Shown here: in pieces, positions 9,684 through 18,957 of the stretch
Position numbering within the stretch: position 1 is the first letter of the stretch
How the letters are laid out: each line of letters begins with the position of its first letter
Assembly: GCA_000004985.1 (NCBI GenBank)
Contig: GG738857.1
Source of the DNA: Naegleria gruberi
Lineage: Eukaryota
DNA length: 64,000 bases
Strand: one strand, 5' to 3'
The notes under the pieces: generated by a model
What the model saw: the letters and a program-made list of their open reading frames with translations, nothing else
Databases searched by the model: none
Told to the model about the DNA's origin: nothing
Program-made: the position numbers and the translations under genes

Positions 9684-11981
9684 ATGATAGTTTCCAAGCA
9701 ACAACAGCACTCTCAAACCTTTTCATTCAAGACGAAAGATCATAATCAAACGGATAATGCTTCCTCCATGCAATTCCTTCCAATGATCCGATCATTCTTC
9801 TATGGAGTTATTACATTATCCTATTCTGTTACCTTGTATCCTTTCGTACGTCTGTTCCAATGGTGGTTCTCAATTGTAAAGTACTTGTTATTCGAAATTC
9901 CGAAAATGATTACCAAGAAGGCAAGTCAATTCATGATGAGATATCAATGGTTTGGAAATATTACATTACCAATTATCAAATTAATATTTGTTGACTTGTT
10001 GAGAATTCCAGACAAGGATGTTTCCAATTATTTGAGAATTGATGTTTCAAGGTTGAGAGCACAAGATACTCACAAAGCAAAGAATGTCATTGATAATATC
10101 ACTAATAAGGTAACTCCTGTGGTTAATAAGGTTTCAGATAAGGTTTCTTCCAGTGTTGAAAAGATTATTCCTAAACAATTGATTCCTCCAACTTTACAAA
10201 AGATTATCGTCCCAGAACAAGAGCAATCCATTTCTAAGGATCAAGAAAAGTTACAAAAGCAAATTGATACTTTGAATTTGGTCATTTCCAAGCAAAAATC
10301 CAAAATTGAGAAACTCCAAAAAAGTCAAGATAACAAAACCAAAGTTGATTTGGAAAAGCTTGAATCCATGAGAAAGGAAAGAGATGCTCTCGTTCATGAA
10401 AAGAATCGCCTCGAACATACCACTTTGACTCAACTCCAAATGATGCAAGAAGTTCAAGTCATGTTAAATAATCAAGCAAAGAAAATCCATGAATTTGAGG
10501 CATTGAAGGAGAATCTCAATGGTCAAGTTCACACTTTACAAAGTGAGAATCAAGTATTGAAGACTGAAATATTGAAAGAAAAGGAAAGGATTAGAAAGTT
10601 CAACTCTGAATTCGATCGTTGGAATAATTTAAAGCAGAATCTCGAAGATCAAATCATCTTGCTCAACAGAGATTTGCAATCTGTAAATGAAGATAATCTC
10701 AAGCTGAAGGAGAAAAACTATTCTCTCGAAAAGGGACAGAAGGAACACACTCAAAGGTTGGATGCATTTGAGAAGATTAAGCATGATTTCCATGATATTT
10801 CCATCAAGTTATCTCAAAAGGAAGATGAAATTGATCGCTTGAATGATTCAGTTAAGGATAAGACTAGAGAGAATGAATTGTTAAAGAATCAGGTTGGCGA
10901 TTTGGACTCTGAATTGAGAAAGATTTCACTTGATTATTCCAAATTGAAGAAGCAACAATCTCAAGTTCCACAAAAGTCAGTTCAAAAGCAAGAACAGGTG
11001 ATTGAGAAGCAACAACCAGTTCAAAGCGTCACTCCAAAGAAGGATGAAATCAAGGAACAACGAGACAAACTAGGTAGTGTCGATAAGAAGGATTTACCAG
11101 CAGATGCTGGCTCTCAAGAAGCTGCAGTGATGGAAATGGACAGTGACAGAGTAAGCAAATCGAAAATTCCTGAGAAATCAGATAAATCCAAAGGTGTTTC
11201 CAAGCAAGCCATTCCATCAGAAAAGCAAGTTGAGAAGAAGGAACCATTCTATGATAAAAATCTAGAAAAGAAAAAGAAAACCAAGGTTGTCGAACAAGTC
11301 AAACCAAAGGTCCAAGCTCAGCAACACCACGAAAAGGAAACCTACATGACTCCTTCATGGGAAGAAGAAACCATCATTGAAGCTAACAAGCCACTCACAA
11401 GGAGAAAATCCCAGCAACAACTCAAGGAAGGTGAAGAATCTCAAGTCTACCAAGTTAGTGATAGTTACGTTGAAGAGTTGAATTACATGCTCGATGATAT
11501 TGAAAAGGGAGAAATTGAGAATGTCCAATTCCAATCCATCATTTCCAATCCAAAGATTAATGGAAGTTTATCCAAGTTGGATCCTGAACAAGTGGATGAT
11601 TTACTCGATGTTCTGGAAAAGAGTGATAATGTATCCTTTGTAGACTTTTCTAATTGTGGTATGGACAATTCACTCACTCAAAAGATTCTTCACTCCTTGT
11701 CCAAGAATAATTCGATTGAGGTTGTGGATTTGGCAACCAATTGTGTCGAACCTAATCAACTTGTGGATAACGTTGTTGAATTTATTGAGAGTAATCACGC
11801 TTGTAACAAGTTACTGATGAAGGATTGGAAATTCTCAGATGAAAATTTGTCCAAGATTCTCCATTCAATCGAATTGAAGAACAAGTCAATTGTAGATTTG
11901 AAACTGGACGATTCTGAAAATAGTGAGGAAAATCACAAATTGTTGCATCAAGTGATCCATAACAACATTCTTGCCAAGTAA
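9684..11981 (+). CDS. Coiled-coil protein with an N-terminal hydrophobic segment and a C-terminal tropomodulin/RNI-like LRR-cap domain, 765 aa.
   Basis: ATG at 9684. Hydrophobic stretch FFYGVITLSYSVTLYPFVRLF. A ~350-aa heptad-rich K/E/Q region (EKLQKSQDNKTKVDLEKLESMRKERDALVHEKNRLEH...). The C-terminus LDPEQVDDLLDVLEKSDNVSFVDFSNCGMDNSLTQKILHSLSKNNSIEVVDLATNCVEP... matches the tropomodulin/leiomodin C-terminal LRR pattern. Confidence 0.55.
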   Translation: MIVSKQQQHSQTFSFKTKDHNQTDNASSMQFLPMIRSFFYGVITLSYSVTLYPFVRLFQWWFSIVKYLLFEIPKMITKKASQFMMRYQWFGNITLPIIKLIFVDLLRIPDKDVSNYLRIDVSRLRAQDTHKAKNVIDNITNKVTPVVNKVSDKVSSSVEKIIPKQLIPPTLQKIIVPEQEQSISKDQEKLQKQIDTLNLVISKQKSKIEKLQKSQDNKTKVDLEKLESMRKERDALVHEKNRLEHTTLTQLQMMQEVQVMLNNQAKKIHEFEALKENLNGQVHTLQSENQVLKTEILKEKERIRKFNSEFDRWNNLKQNLEDQIILLNRDLQSVNEDNLKLKEKNYSLEKGQKEHTQRLDAFEKIKHDFHDISIKLSQKEDEIDRLNDSVKDKTRENELLKNQVGDLDSELRKISLDYSKLKKQQSQVPQKSVQKQEQVIEKQQPVQSVTPKKDEIKEQRDKLGSVDKKDLPADAGSQEAAVMEMDSDRVSKSKIPEKSDKSKGVSKQAIPSEKQVEKKEPFYDKNLEKKKKTKVVEQVKPKVQAQQHHEKETYMTPSWEEETIIEANKPLTRRKSQQQLKEGEESQVYQVSDSYVEELNYMLDDIEKGEIENVQFQSIISNPKINGSLSKLDPEQVDDLLDVLEKSDNVSFVDFSNCGMDNSLTQKILHSLSKNNSIEVVDLATNCVEPNQLVDNVVEFIESNHACNKLLMKDWKFSDENLSKILHSIELKNKSIVDLKLDDSENSEENHKLLHQVIHNNILAK

Positions 11982-12235
11982 ATATATTGTAATAAATACA
12001 AACATGCATTATTGATATTTAAAATCGATATTGAGATGACATTTAAAGTAAACTAATTTGGTCAATATTAATCAAAATTATGTCATAATTGTAAAAATAG
12101 AATTTTCTTCGAAACGTTCCTTTCAACAAAAAACAAAAGCCTGCAAACAACCACTGTCATTATTTCTTGTGAATACCATTGATGCTAGCTTTCGTACACA
12201 TTCCTTTTCGGTGAATTAGAAACTATCTTTAAAAA

Positions 12236-13747
12236 ATGTATAAACTAACTCATCTTCCTCCTGAAATTATCATTAAAATCATCGAGTATCATGTAGAAGG
12301 CTTGGGTATTTCCCTCCTCGGAAACAAACTTGTTATTCTCGAATCAATTCAATCAGCCTTGTTGTGGGAAAGAATTTGCAAAGCCTTTTCGAATGAGTCA
12401 CTTATACGAAACTATTTGACTGACAACTTTTGGAAAAAGATTATTCTTGAAAACTTTGTGAGGGAAACTATCGGATTGGACAGCCAAACTCTGAAATCAA
12501 CACCTAGGAGGAAAATTATTGAACATATCAAATCAAAACAAGATGTAAAAACACTCTTGGTCAATTATCGAGAATTCTTAAAATTAATTACTGACTTTCC
12601 ACACTCAATTTCAATCTATCAACGATACTTCACTAGAAAGGATGTATTGGAAACATTTCAAATTGTAGTATTGGGACATCATCAAGCAGGAAAATCACAA
12701 CTCGTCAATTCATTTCTTCAAATTGAAACAAATCAATTGACCTCTCACAATAATGAAGTTTACACTCGTGTTGAGAAACATCCAATGACTCCTAATCAAA
12801 TGTTTCGAATGCAAGTAATGGACACTCACTTTCTTCATACCTGTTCTCAGCATATTTCACAAGCTCATGCCATTCTACTGGTTTGTTCACATTGTCAATT
12901 GGAGGAAACCTTGTTCGAAACTGAGCAAATTCTCAAACGATGCATTGAAATTAAACAATCATCTTCCTTTCCACTCATTGTAGCCTTGAACAAATCCGAC
13001 GAATCCAGAAAGAGTCTCAAGAAGAGACGTTCCAACAATGATTACAACAATAACTCGAGTCCTTCAACACCTAAATCACCAACCTCTAATAACTGCTGTC
13101 ATGGCTCATACCTACTTGCAGATCCATTCCTATCTTCACCCCCACCAATGTCCTCTTCATCCTCTCCATCATCGACGATATTCAGCAGTCCTCCTCCAAT
13201 ATGTTGTTTCTCTGCTCCAATCATTACAGGAAACAGCCTTCTACTGAGCAATAGTTATAATAACAATAGCAACTGTACTCATCACTTGATGAATACGAGT
13301 TCTGCGACCTTATCTACCATAGCCACAACAATAACAACAACTACAGCCATGAGTACTTCCAATATTTCTTCATCATACAATGGAACACCAACAAGCCTTC
13401 TATTGGGTTCTTCTTCTTCCTTCATTCAAAACAACGTTGGAGGAGGTAATTCTTCAACATGTTGTTCTCATCATCAGCATCATGTAAGAACAGAGGAGGA
13501 TGAATACAAAATGATGGAAAATCTATTAATTCGCTACGGAATGATCAATTATCGAATCATTAGAACGAGTGGTAAGGAGAGGTCGAATGTTGTGGAGGCT
13601 TTTGATGAGTGTGTGTTGCGAGCTAGCTTGAATCATGCCAAGTTGATGGTCGATGTGATTGATGCGGCTGTTGTTCATCACGTTGAAGCAACAGAAAAAT
13701 TCTTTAAAGCAGGCATGCTACAGAGAAAACGATGTGATTTATTGTGA
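12236..13747 (+). CDS. F-box-like N-terminus fused to an atypical Ras-superfamily-like GTPase domain, with a Ser/Thr/Asn-rich low-complexity C-terminal half. 503 aa.
   Basis: ATG at 12236. LPPEIIIKIIEYHVE is F-box-like. G1 P-loop VVLGHHQAGKSQLVNSF. G3-like VMDTHF, where DTAG's Gly is Phe. G4 ALNKSD (NKxD). Downstream are homopolymeric S/P/T/N tracts. Confidence 0.5.
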   Translation: MYKLTHLPPEIIIKIIEYHVEGLGISLLGNKLVILESIQSALLWERICKAFSNESLIRNYLTDNFWKKIILENFVRETIGLDSQTLKSTPRRKIIEHIKSKQDVKTLLVNYREFLKLITDFPHSISIYQRYFTRKDVLETFQIVVLGHHQAGKSQLVNSFLQIETNQLTSHNNEVYTRVEKHPMTPNQMFRMQVMDTHFLHTCSQHISQAHAILLVCSHCQLEETLFETEQILKRCIEIKQSSSFPLIVALNKSDESRKSLKKRRSNNDYNNNSSPSTPKSPTSNNCCHGSYLLADPFLSSPPPMSSSSSPSSTIFSSPPPICCFSAPIITGNSLLLSNSYNNNSNCTHHLMNTSSATLSTIATTITTTTAMSTSNISSSYNGTPTSLLLGSSSSFIQNNVGGGNSSTCCSHHQHHVRTEEDEYKMMENLLIRYGMINYRIIRTSGKERSNVVEAFDECVLRASLNHAKLMVDVIDAAVVHHVEATEKFFKAGMLQRKRCDLL

Positions 13748-14000
13748 TTTTTTTTAATTTGGATTTTTCAAATATTTTTTAAAACGTAACGGTTATGAGC
13801 GGGAATAAAATTGTAAATGAAGATTAACACATTGAGTTTGACTTAATGAATCAATATCACCTGCTTACTCAACTGCCACTCAACTCAATTGCTACAAAAC
13901 AGGTTCAAAGAAAAAAAGTTGAGCGGGATAAGAAGGGAAATCAAGTTGGGCTAAATTTCGAATAGTTGTTTGTAGAACTTACATTTTGTGTGTTGGGAGT

Positions 14001-16516
14001 TTATTGTTTGAGTTTTCTATTTTCCTCTTCCAATATTTTAATTCTTTCTAACAGGTTGCTATTTTCCATGGTGTTTTCATCCAAAAGTTTATATAGGTTG
14101 GTGTTTTCCTCTGCGAGTTTGGTATTTTCATCCGAAAGTTTATCAACTTCCTCTGCAAGTTGAGAGTAACTTCTTAATGGTGATATTTTCTTCAATTCTC
14201 CAACTTGTTTTTCAATATTCAAAGTGATATCTTTGATTTCACCTTTCAAGTATTTCAAAATATTCTCAATGGTTAACTTGTGAGAATAACAATTCAATCT
14301 TTTTGATGAATCTCTTTGAATCATGCTAATAATGCTTCTAATCAATATATTATTCACTCCTAAATCTGGATTAATTGATTGATTGATTAGTTTTTCAATT
14401 GCATAATGTAATTTCATTTCTCCCTCTGTTGTTGTCACAACTGTATAGAAATATTTTCCATGTCCACTTAAATATGGATACTTGTCATTATATTTAGAGA
14501 CATCTGGATCATTAACAAATGTTGAACATAGTTGCAGAGGACAATTTGCTAATAATTTCAATAAAATACATCCCAATGAAAATATATCACATGAAATGGT
14601 AATTTGTCCAACATTGTGAGCAAGCTTTTCATCATTATCACTTTTCAATAAATCATCAGAATAATTATCATGTGAAACTTCAGGAGACATGTAGGCAAAC
14701 TTTCCACGAGCAATTGTAATTGAATTACCTGTCTTGATAACTCTTGATGTTTCAAAATCAATTATCTTGTATAAATCTTGAACTTTGACAATATTTTGAG
14801 GATCTAAATCTCTGTGTAAAATATTGTGATCATGAATTGATTGAACTGAGTTCAATACTTTGATAAATATATCAAGAATTTCAATCAACTTTTCCTTAAT
14901 AATGAATCCATTTCTATAAATTCCATCTTGATTATTTCTTGAAATATAATTTGATAATGATTCCTCTCCAAGTTCCATCACTGTATACAAATGATTTTGA
15001 ATAATGTCACAATCAAAACATTTGATCTTTCCTTCAATGTCTGTTCTTTTCAATAAATTAATGGTTTCTTTTGTTGATTCTTCAGATTCCTCTGGGTCAT
15101 ATTTTAATTTTAATGCCCTTAATGATTTACTACTTTTGTGAAATACTTTGAATGCAACACCTTCACCTCCATATCCTAATACTGAAATGAAATCATAATT
15201 ATATTTGAAATAATTATAGAAATAATTGAGAGCTTTGAATACTTTTGATAAATCTCCTCTCAGCTCATTATATTTACAAATTATTTGTTTGTAATTTACA
15301 AATGTTTTCTCATTTTCAAACCACTTGTTGGCAAAATTCATAATTTCATTAATTTCCTGTTTTGAATAAAATGATGTTTCGAAATTTGTTGCAACTTGTT
15401 CCACAATATTCTTCAAATCTTTCATTCTTGTTGATTGACAGGGATTATCTTCAATAAATTTGTCCAATCTGAAACAAAATAAATAATAGTTAGCTCTTTC
15501 TGAAAGAACATTTTCAGTGGATAATTCTGAATGGTTCATTTGTTTCAATATTTGAAAAAAAATCAACTTTTCAACAAATATTGGTGTGTAGATAGGATTA
15601 AAATTGAATATTGTACTTTTTGGTGTTGGATTAAAGAGACTTGTTAATTCAATACCATAATATAAATCCTTTTCATCCATAAATATTTTGGAGTATTGTT
15701 CAATTATATTGCTTGACAGCTTTGTCTGAAGATTAATGGATTCTTCAATGGTTTTGGTTATAGAGGGTGAGAACCTTCTTGCATTTTCCTTGTTCAATTT
15801 AATTAATAAATAAATAAATATACTATCTTTTTTAAATGATTCATCAGCATGCTTAAGTGCCAATCCAGCTTGTTTAACAGATTCCAATATAAATTCTCTA
15901 TCTTTTTTCAATGATGAATCAGCATATTCAAGTGCATATCCATCTTGTTTGACAGACTCCAATACAATTTCTCTATCTTTTTTAAATGATGAATCAGCAA
16001 ATTCAAGTGCCAATCCATCTTGTTTGACAGATTCCAATACAATTTCTCTATCTTTTTTAATATTGAATCAGCAAATTCAAGTGCCAATCCATGTTGTTTA
16101 ACAGATTCCAATATAAATTCTCTATCCTTTTTCAATGATGAATCAGCATATTTGAGTGCTGGTCCATAGCGTATAACAGCTTCCAATATAATTTCTCTAT
16201 CTTTTTCCAATGATGAATCAACATATAAAAGTGTCAATCCATTTTGTTTAATAGCTTCCAACACAATTTCTCTATCTTTTTTAAATGCTGGATCAGCATA
16301 TTGAAGTGCCAACCCATTTTGTTTAACAGCTTCCAATACAATTTCTCTATCTTTTTTCAATGATGAATCAGCATTTTCAAGTGTTGATCCATTTTGTTTA
16401 ACAGCTTTCAACACATATTTCCTATCGGCCTATTGTTGCAATCATGAATCATCACACCAATAAAAATAATTATTTTCTCCACAGCAACAAATACCAACCC
16501 ACTCGTTTTTGTTCAT
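14001..16516 (-). pseudogene. Copy A of the DUF4116-repeat/atypical-kinase gene. Only ~8 repeats, and a 1-bp deletion near 16050-16055 shifts the frame (ORFs 14001..16037 and 15908..16414).
   Basis: The kinase domain and C-terminal coiled coil are about 95% identical to copy B. The repeat frame is broken where ttttttaa-tattgaatcagc replaces the unit sequence ttttttaaatgatgaatcagc. The conserved 5' block containing ATGAACAAAAACGAGTGG is present at 16516..16499. It could be a sequencing error in a repeat instead of true pseudogenisation. Confidence 0.55.
15790..16414 (-). repeat. Tandem 75-bp coding repeats (25-aa DUF4116-like units), ~8 copies, copy A.
   Basis: A 75-bp period (ttgtttaacagcttccaata(c/t)aatttctctatcttttttaaatgatgaatcagcatattcaagtgccaatcca...) encoding AVKQNGLALEYADSSFKKDREIVLE. 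Confidence 0.8.
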
Positions 16517-17598
16517 TTTTTTAAAGGTATTCTAGACCATCACATTCCGAATCAACTTGATGATTTTTACACCCAAAAAGAACAGTTTCAACTATTACAG
16601 ATGGGTTTTTTTGTTATTGGACGCCATCACATGATCTGTTAAGATTTGCATCCTCTTCTTGTTGATCCATTATGAATTGCTCCTCATCATCTGATTCCGA
16701 GGATCAGAACCAAGCTCTCTCAATCAAATCATCCACCATTAAATCTTGCTCATCTACTTCTGAATTCAACTTCTTAGTCACTCCTTGTTGTGTTTGATAA
16801 GGAATTTATTGCCTAATTTTTGATATATATTTTCAAATGTATGGAGTGTTCCTTTGTGTTGGTGTTTTCTCTATTTTTTTAGGCTTTGAAATAAGGCGCT
16901 AAGATCCACTCATTGATACTGATGAACCATGATCTCAATGAGGTCGAGGAAGATGGATCGAAGAAGAAGCCTATTGATGAATCATCACATAATTGGCATC
17001 ATGATGAAAATAGCAGTCTGGTTGACAGCTGTGTATGTGTAAATAACATCATTATTACTATTCATCTAGCGTTTACTCAATTCATATTCATTCTTATCAT
17101 GTGATTACATAGCTTATTAACCATTACGAACCGTGTGGTCCCATTCTTGCTCTGAATATAAAATTAAAAACCGATCAAAGTTGGTGGCAAGAATGAAAAA
17201 TTTACAAAATCGATCACAAATAAAATAAAATTCAAGTTTTGGTCACCAAAACGACCAAAACGCAGACCAAACAAGTTATTCAAGTTATTGTTGCTTTGAT
17301 TTTTAAATAATATATTTGATAAAATAAAAAGAATAAAAACGGAGCGCGGGAATAAAATTGTAGATGAAGCTTAACATATTGTAAATTTATTGTAAAGTAA
17401 TCTTTTTATGGTTGCATACTTTAATAACAAGCATCATGAATTGCTAGGCAACTCAAGAGTCACTTTAGGGTTGTAATATTTGGTATTGTTGCTGTGTTAC
17501 TATTATCTTTTTTAGAATGCATCCTTTTTTGTCATTTCCATTTCAGTCTTTGTGAAGAAACCTTTCGAATAGAGAAATTGCAAACAAAGAAACAAAAA

Positions 17599-18726
17599 AT
17601 GGGTGGAAAGCTCTCTTCGAATCACAATCATCATCAACACTCCAACAACACTCCACTTCTGCAACAAACTAAACATTCGAATAACAATGACAATCATCAG
17701 AGAATAGTTTTACTGGGAAATACTTCAAGTGGAAAGTCAACTATTTGTGAAATGATTCAATATCAGAAACAACATCAAGCAGATAAATCATGCAATACTT
17801 ACAACCTATTCTATAAGGTAGATTCGAATACAATTTCAAAAACTATTATTGAACAGATATTGTTTGCATCAAAGGATATATCTATTGAGGCAATTATTCG
17901 AGAATATACAAATGATTGCAATAATTTTGATAATTCTACACTTTTTGCATTGTGGAATGATCAGAAATTTAGAAATATTTATCAGAGCTGTCAAGATTCT
18001 CTCAATTTATTCGAAAATGTTGACATTTTTGTAAGGAAACTTAAGAATCATGAAAGTTTCATTCCAGATATTTACATTAAGGGAAATTCTTCTGGAATTA
18101 CAGAGTATGACATTAATTTTGATGACAAGAAAGTGACATTTGTGACTGCAGGTGGAAAAACAAGTGAAAGAAAAAAGTGGAATTTCTGCTTGCAAGGAAA
18201 TGTTTCCGTTTTGGTTTATGTTGTTTCGTTGGCAGAATTCAATCAATCAGGTTATGGAGATGAGAAGGTGAATAGAATGGACGAAAGTTTGAAACTTTAC
18301 AAGGAATTGATGACTCGTGTTTCGAATAGTGGTAATAATACGAGAGTTGTCTTACTGTTTACCAAACCAGATATAATGATGAGGAAACTGAGGAGTTACA
18401 TTGAATTTGGAAGATTATTCGAAACTGAAACACTTACTGATCTTTCACGAATTGTAAACGATTATCACGAAAGGGATGTTCTCAATACAATTATATCGAG
18501 TTTTTTAACCGAAACAAATAATATTTATGGGAAAATACCAGAATATCACATTATTCAGTCGATATCAGAATTGGACATTTCACAACTCGCCAAACTAATG
18601 TTGAATAATGAGAAAAATAGACATTATATTTCTAATTGCTTGTTTGAGAAAATATCGCTTGTGAGATGTTATCAATTAGTGATGGCTCAACAATTGACCG
18701 ATTTAACAATTAAGTGTCAATTATAA
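17599..18726 (+). CDS. Divergent heterotrimeric G-protein alpha-subunit-like protein (376 aa) with substitutions at catalytic positions.
   Basis: ATG at 17599 gives MGGKLSS, the consensus for N-myristoylation and S6. G1 is LLGNTSSGKSTICEMI, compared with the canonical LLLGAGESGKST. The switch II region reads FVTAGGKTSERKKWNFCLQGNVSVLVYVVSLAEF, compared with the canonical [32 protein letters not shown]. G4 reads LLFTKPD, compared with the canonical FLNKKD. The ORF-track start at 17494 is a TTG. The catalytic Gln of DVGGQ is Lys (TAGGK), and switch I (IKGNSSGITEY) lacks the RxxTxGI arginine. Convergent with kinase copy B across a 231-bp spacer. Confidence 0.65.
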   Translation: MGGKLSSNHNHHQHSNNTPLLQQTKHSNNNDNHQRIVLLGNTSSGKSTICEMIQYQKQHQADKSCNTYNLFYKVDSNTISKTIIEQILFASKDISIEAIIREYTNDCNNFDNSTLFALWNDQKFRNIYQSCQDSLNLFENVDIFVRKLKNHESFIPDIYIKGNSSGITEYDINFDDKKVTFVTAGGKTSERKKWNFCLQGNVSVLVYVVSLAEFNQSGYGDEKVNRMDESLKLYKELMTRVSNSGNNTRVVLLFTKPDIMMRKLRSYIEFGRLFETETLTDLSRIVNDYHERDVLNTIISSFLTETNNIYGKIPEYHIIQSISELDISQLAKLMLNNEKNRHYISNCLFEKISLVRCYQLVMAQQLTDLTIKCQL

Positions 18727-18957
18727 AGTTTAAGGATGAAGTTATGGTTTTCTGTAAAATAAAGTGCATCTAAAATGAGTTTTACTGGGTCTGTATAAGT
18801 TCCTTTCCTTTGAAGATCCATTTGGAGTGAGAATTGATTTATTTCTTGTGTATCATGTCAATGACATTTTGCTGCACAATTTTGATACTTATTTTCAATA
18901 TGAAGTCGCAAATTTCATTGCTAATACAAAGTATAATCTATCAACCAGGTTTGGTGT

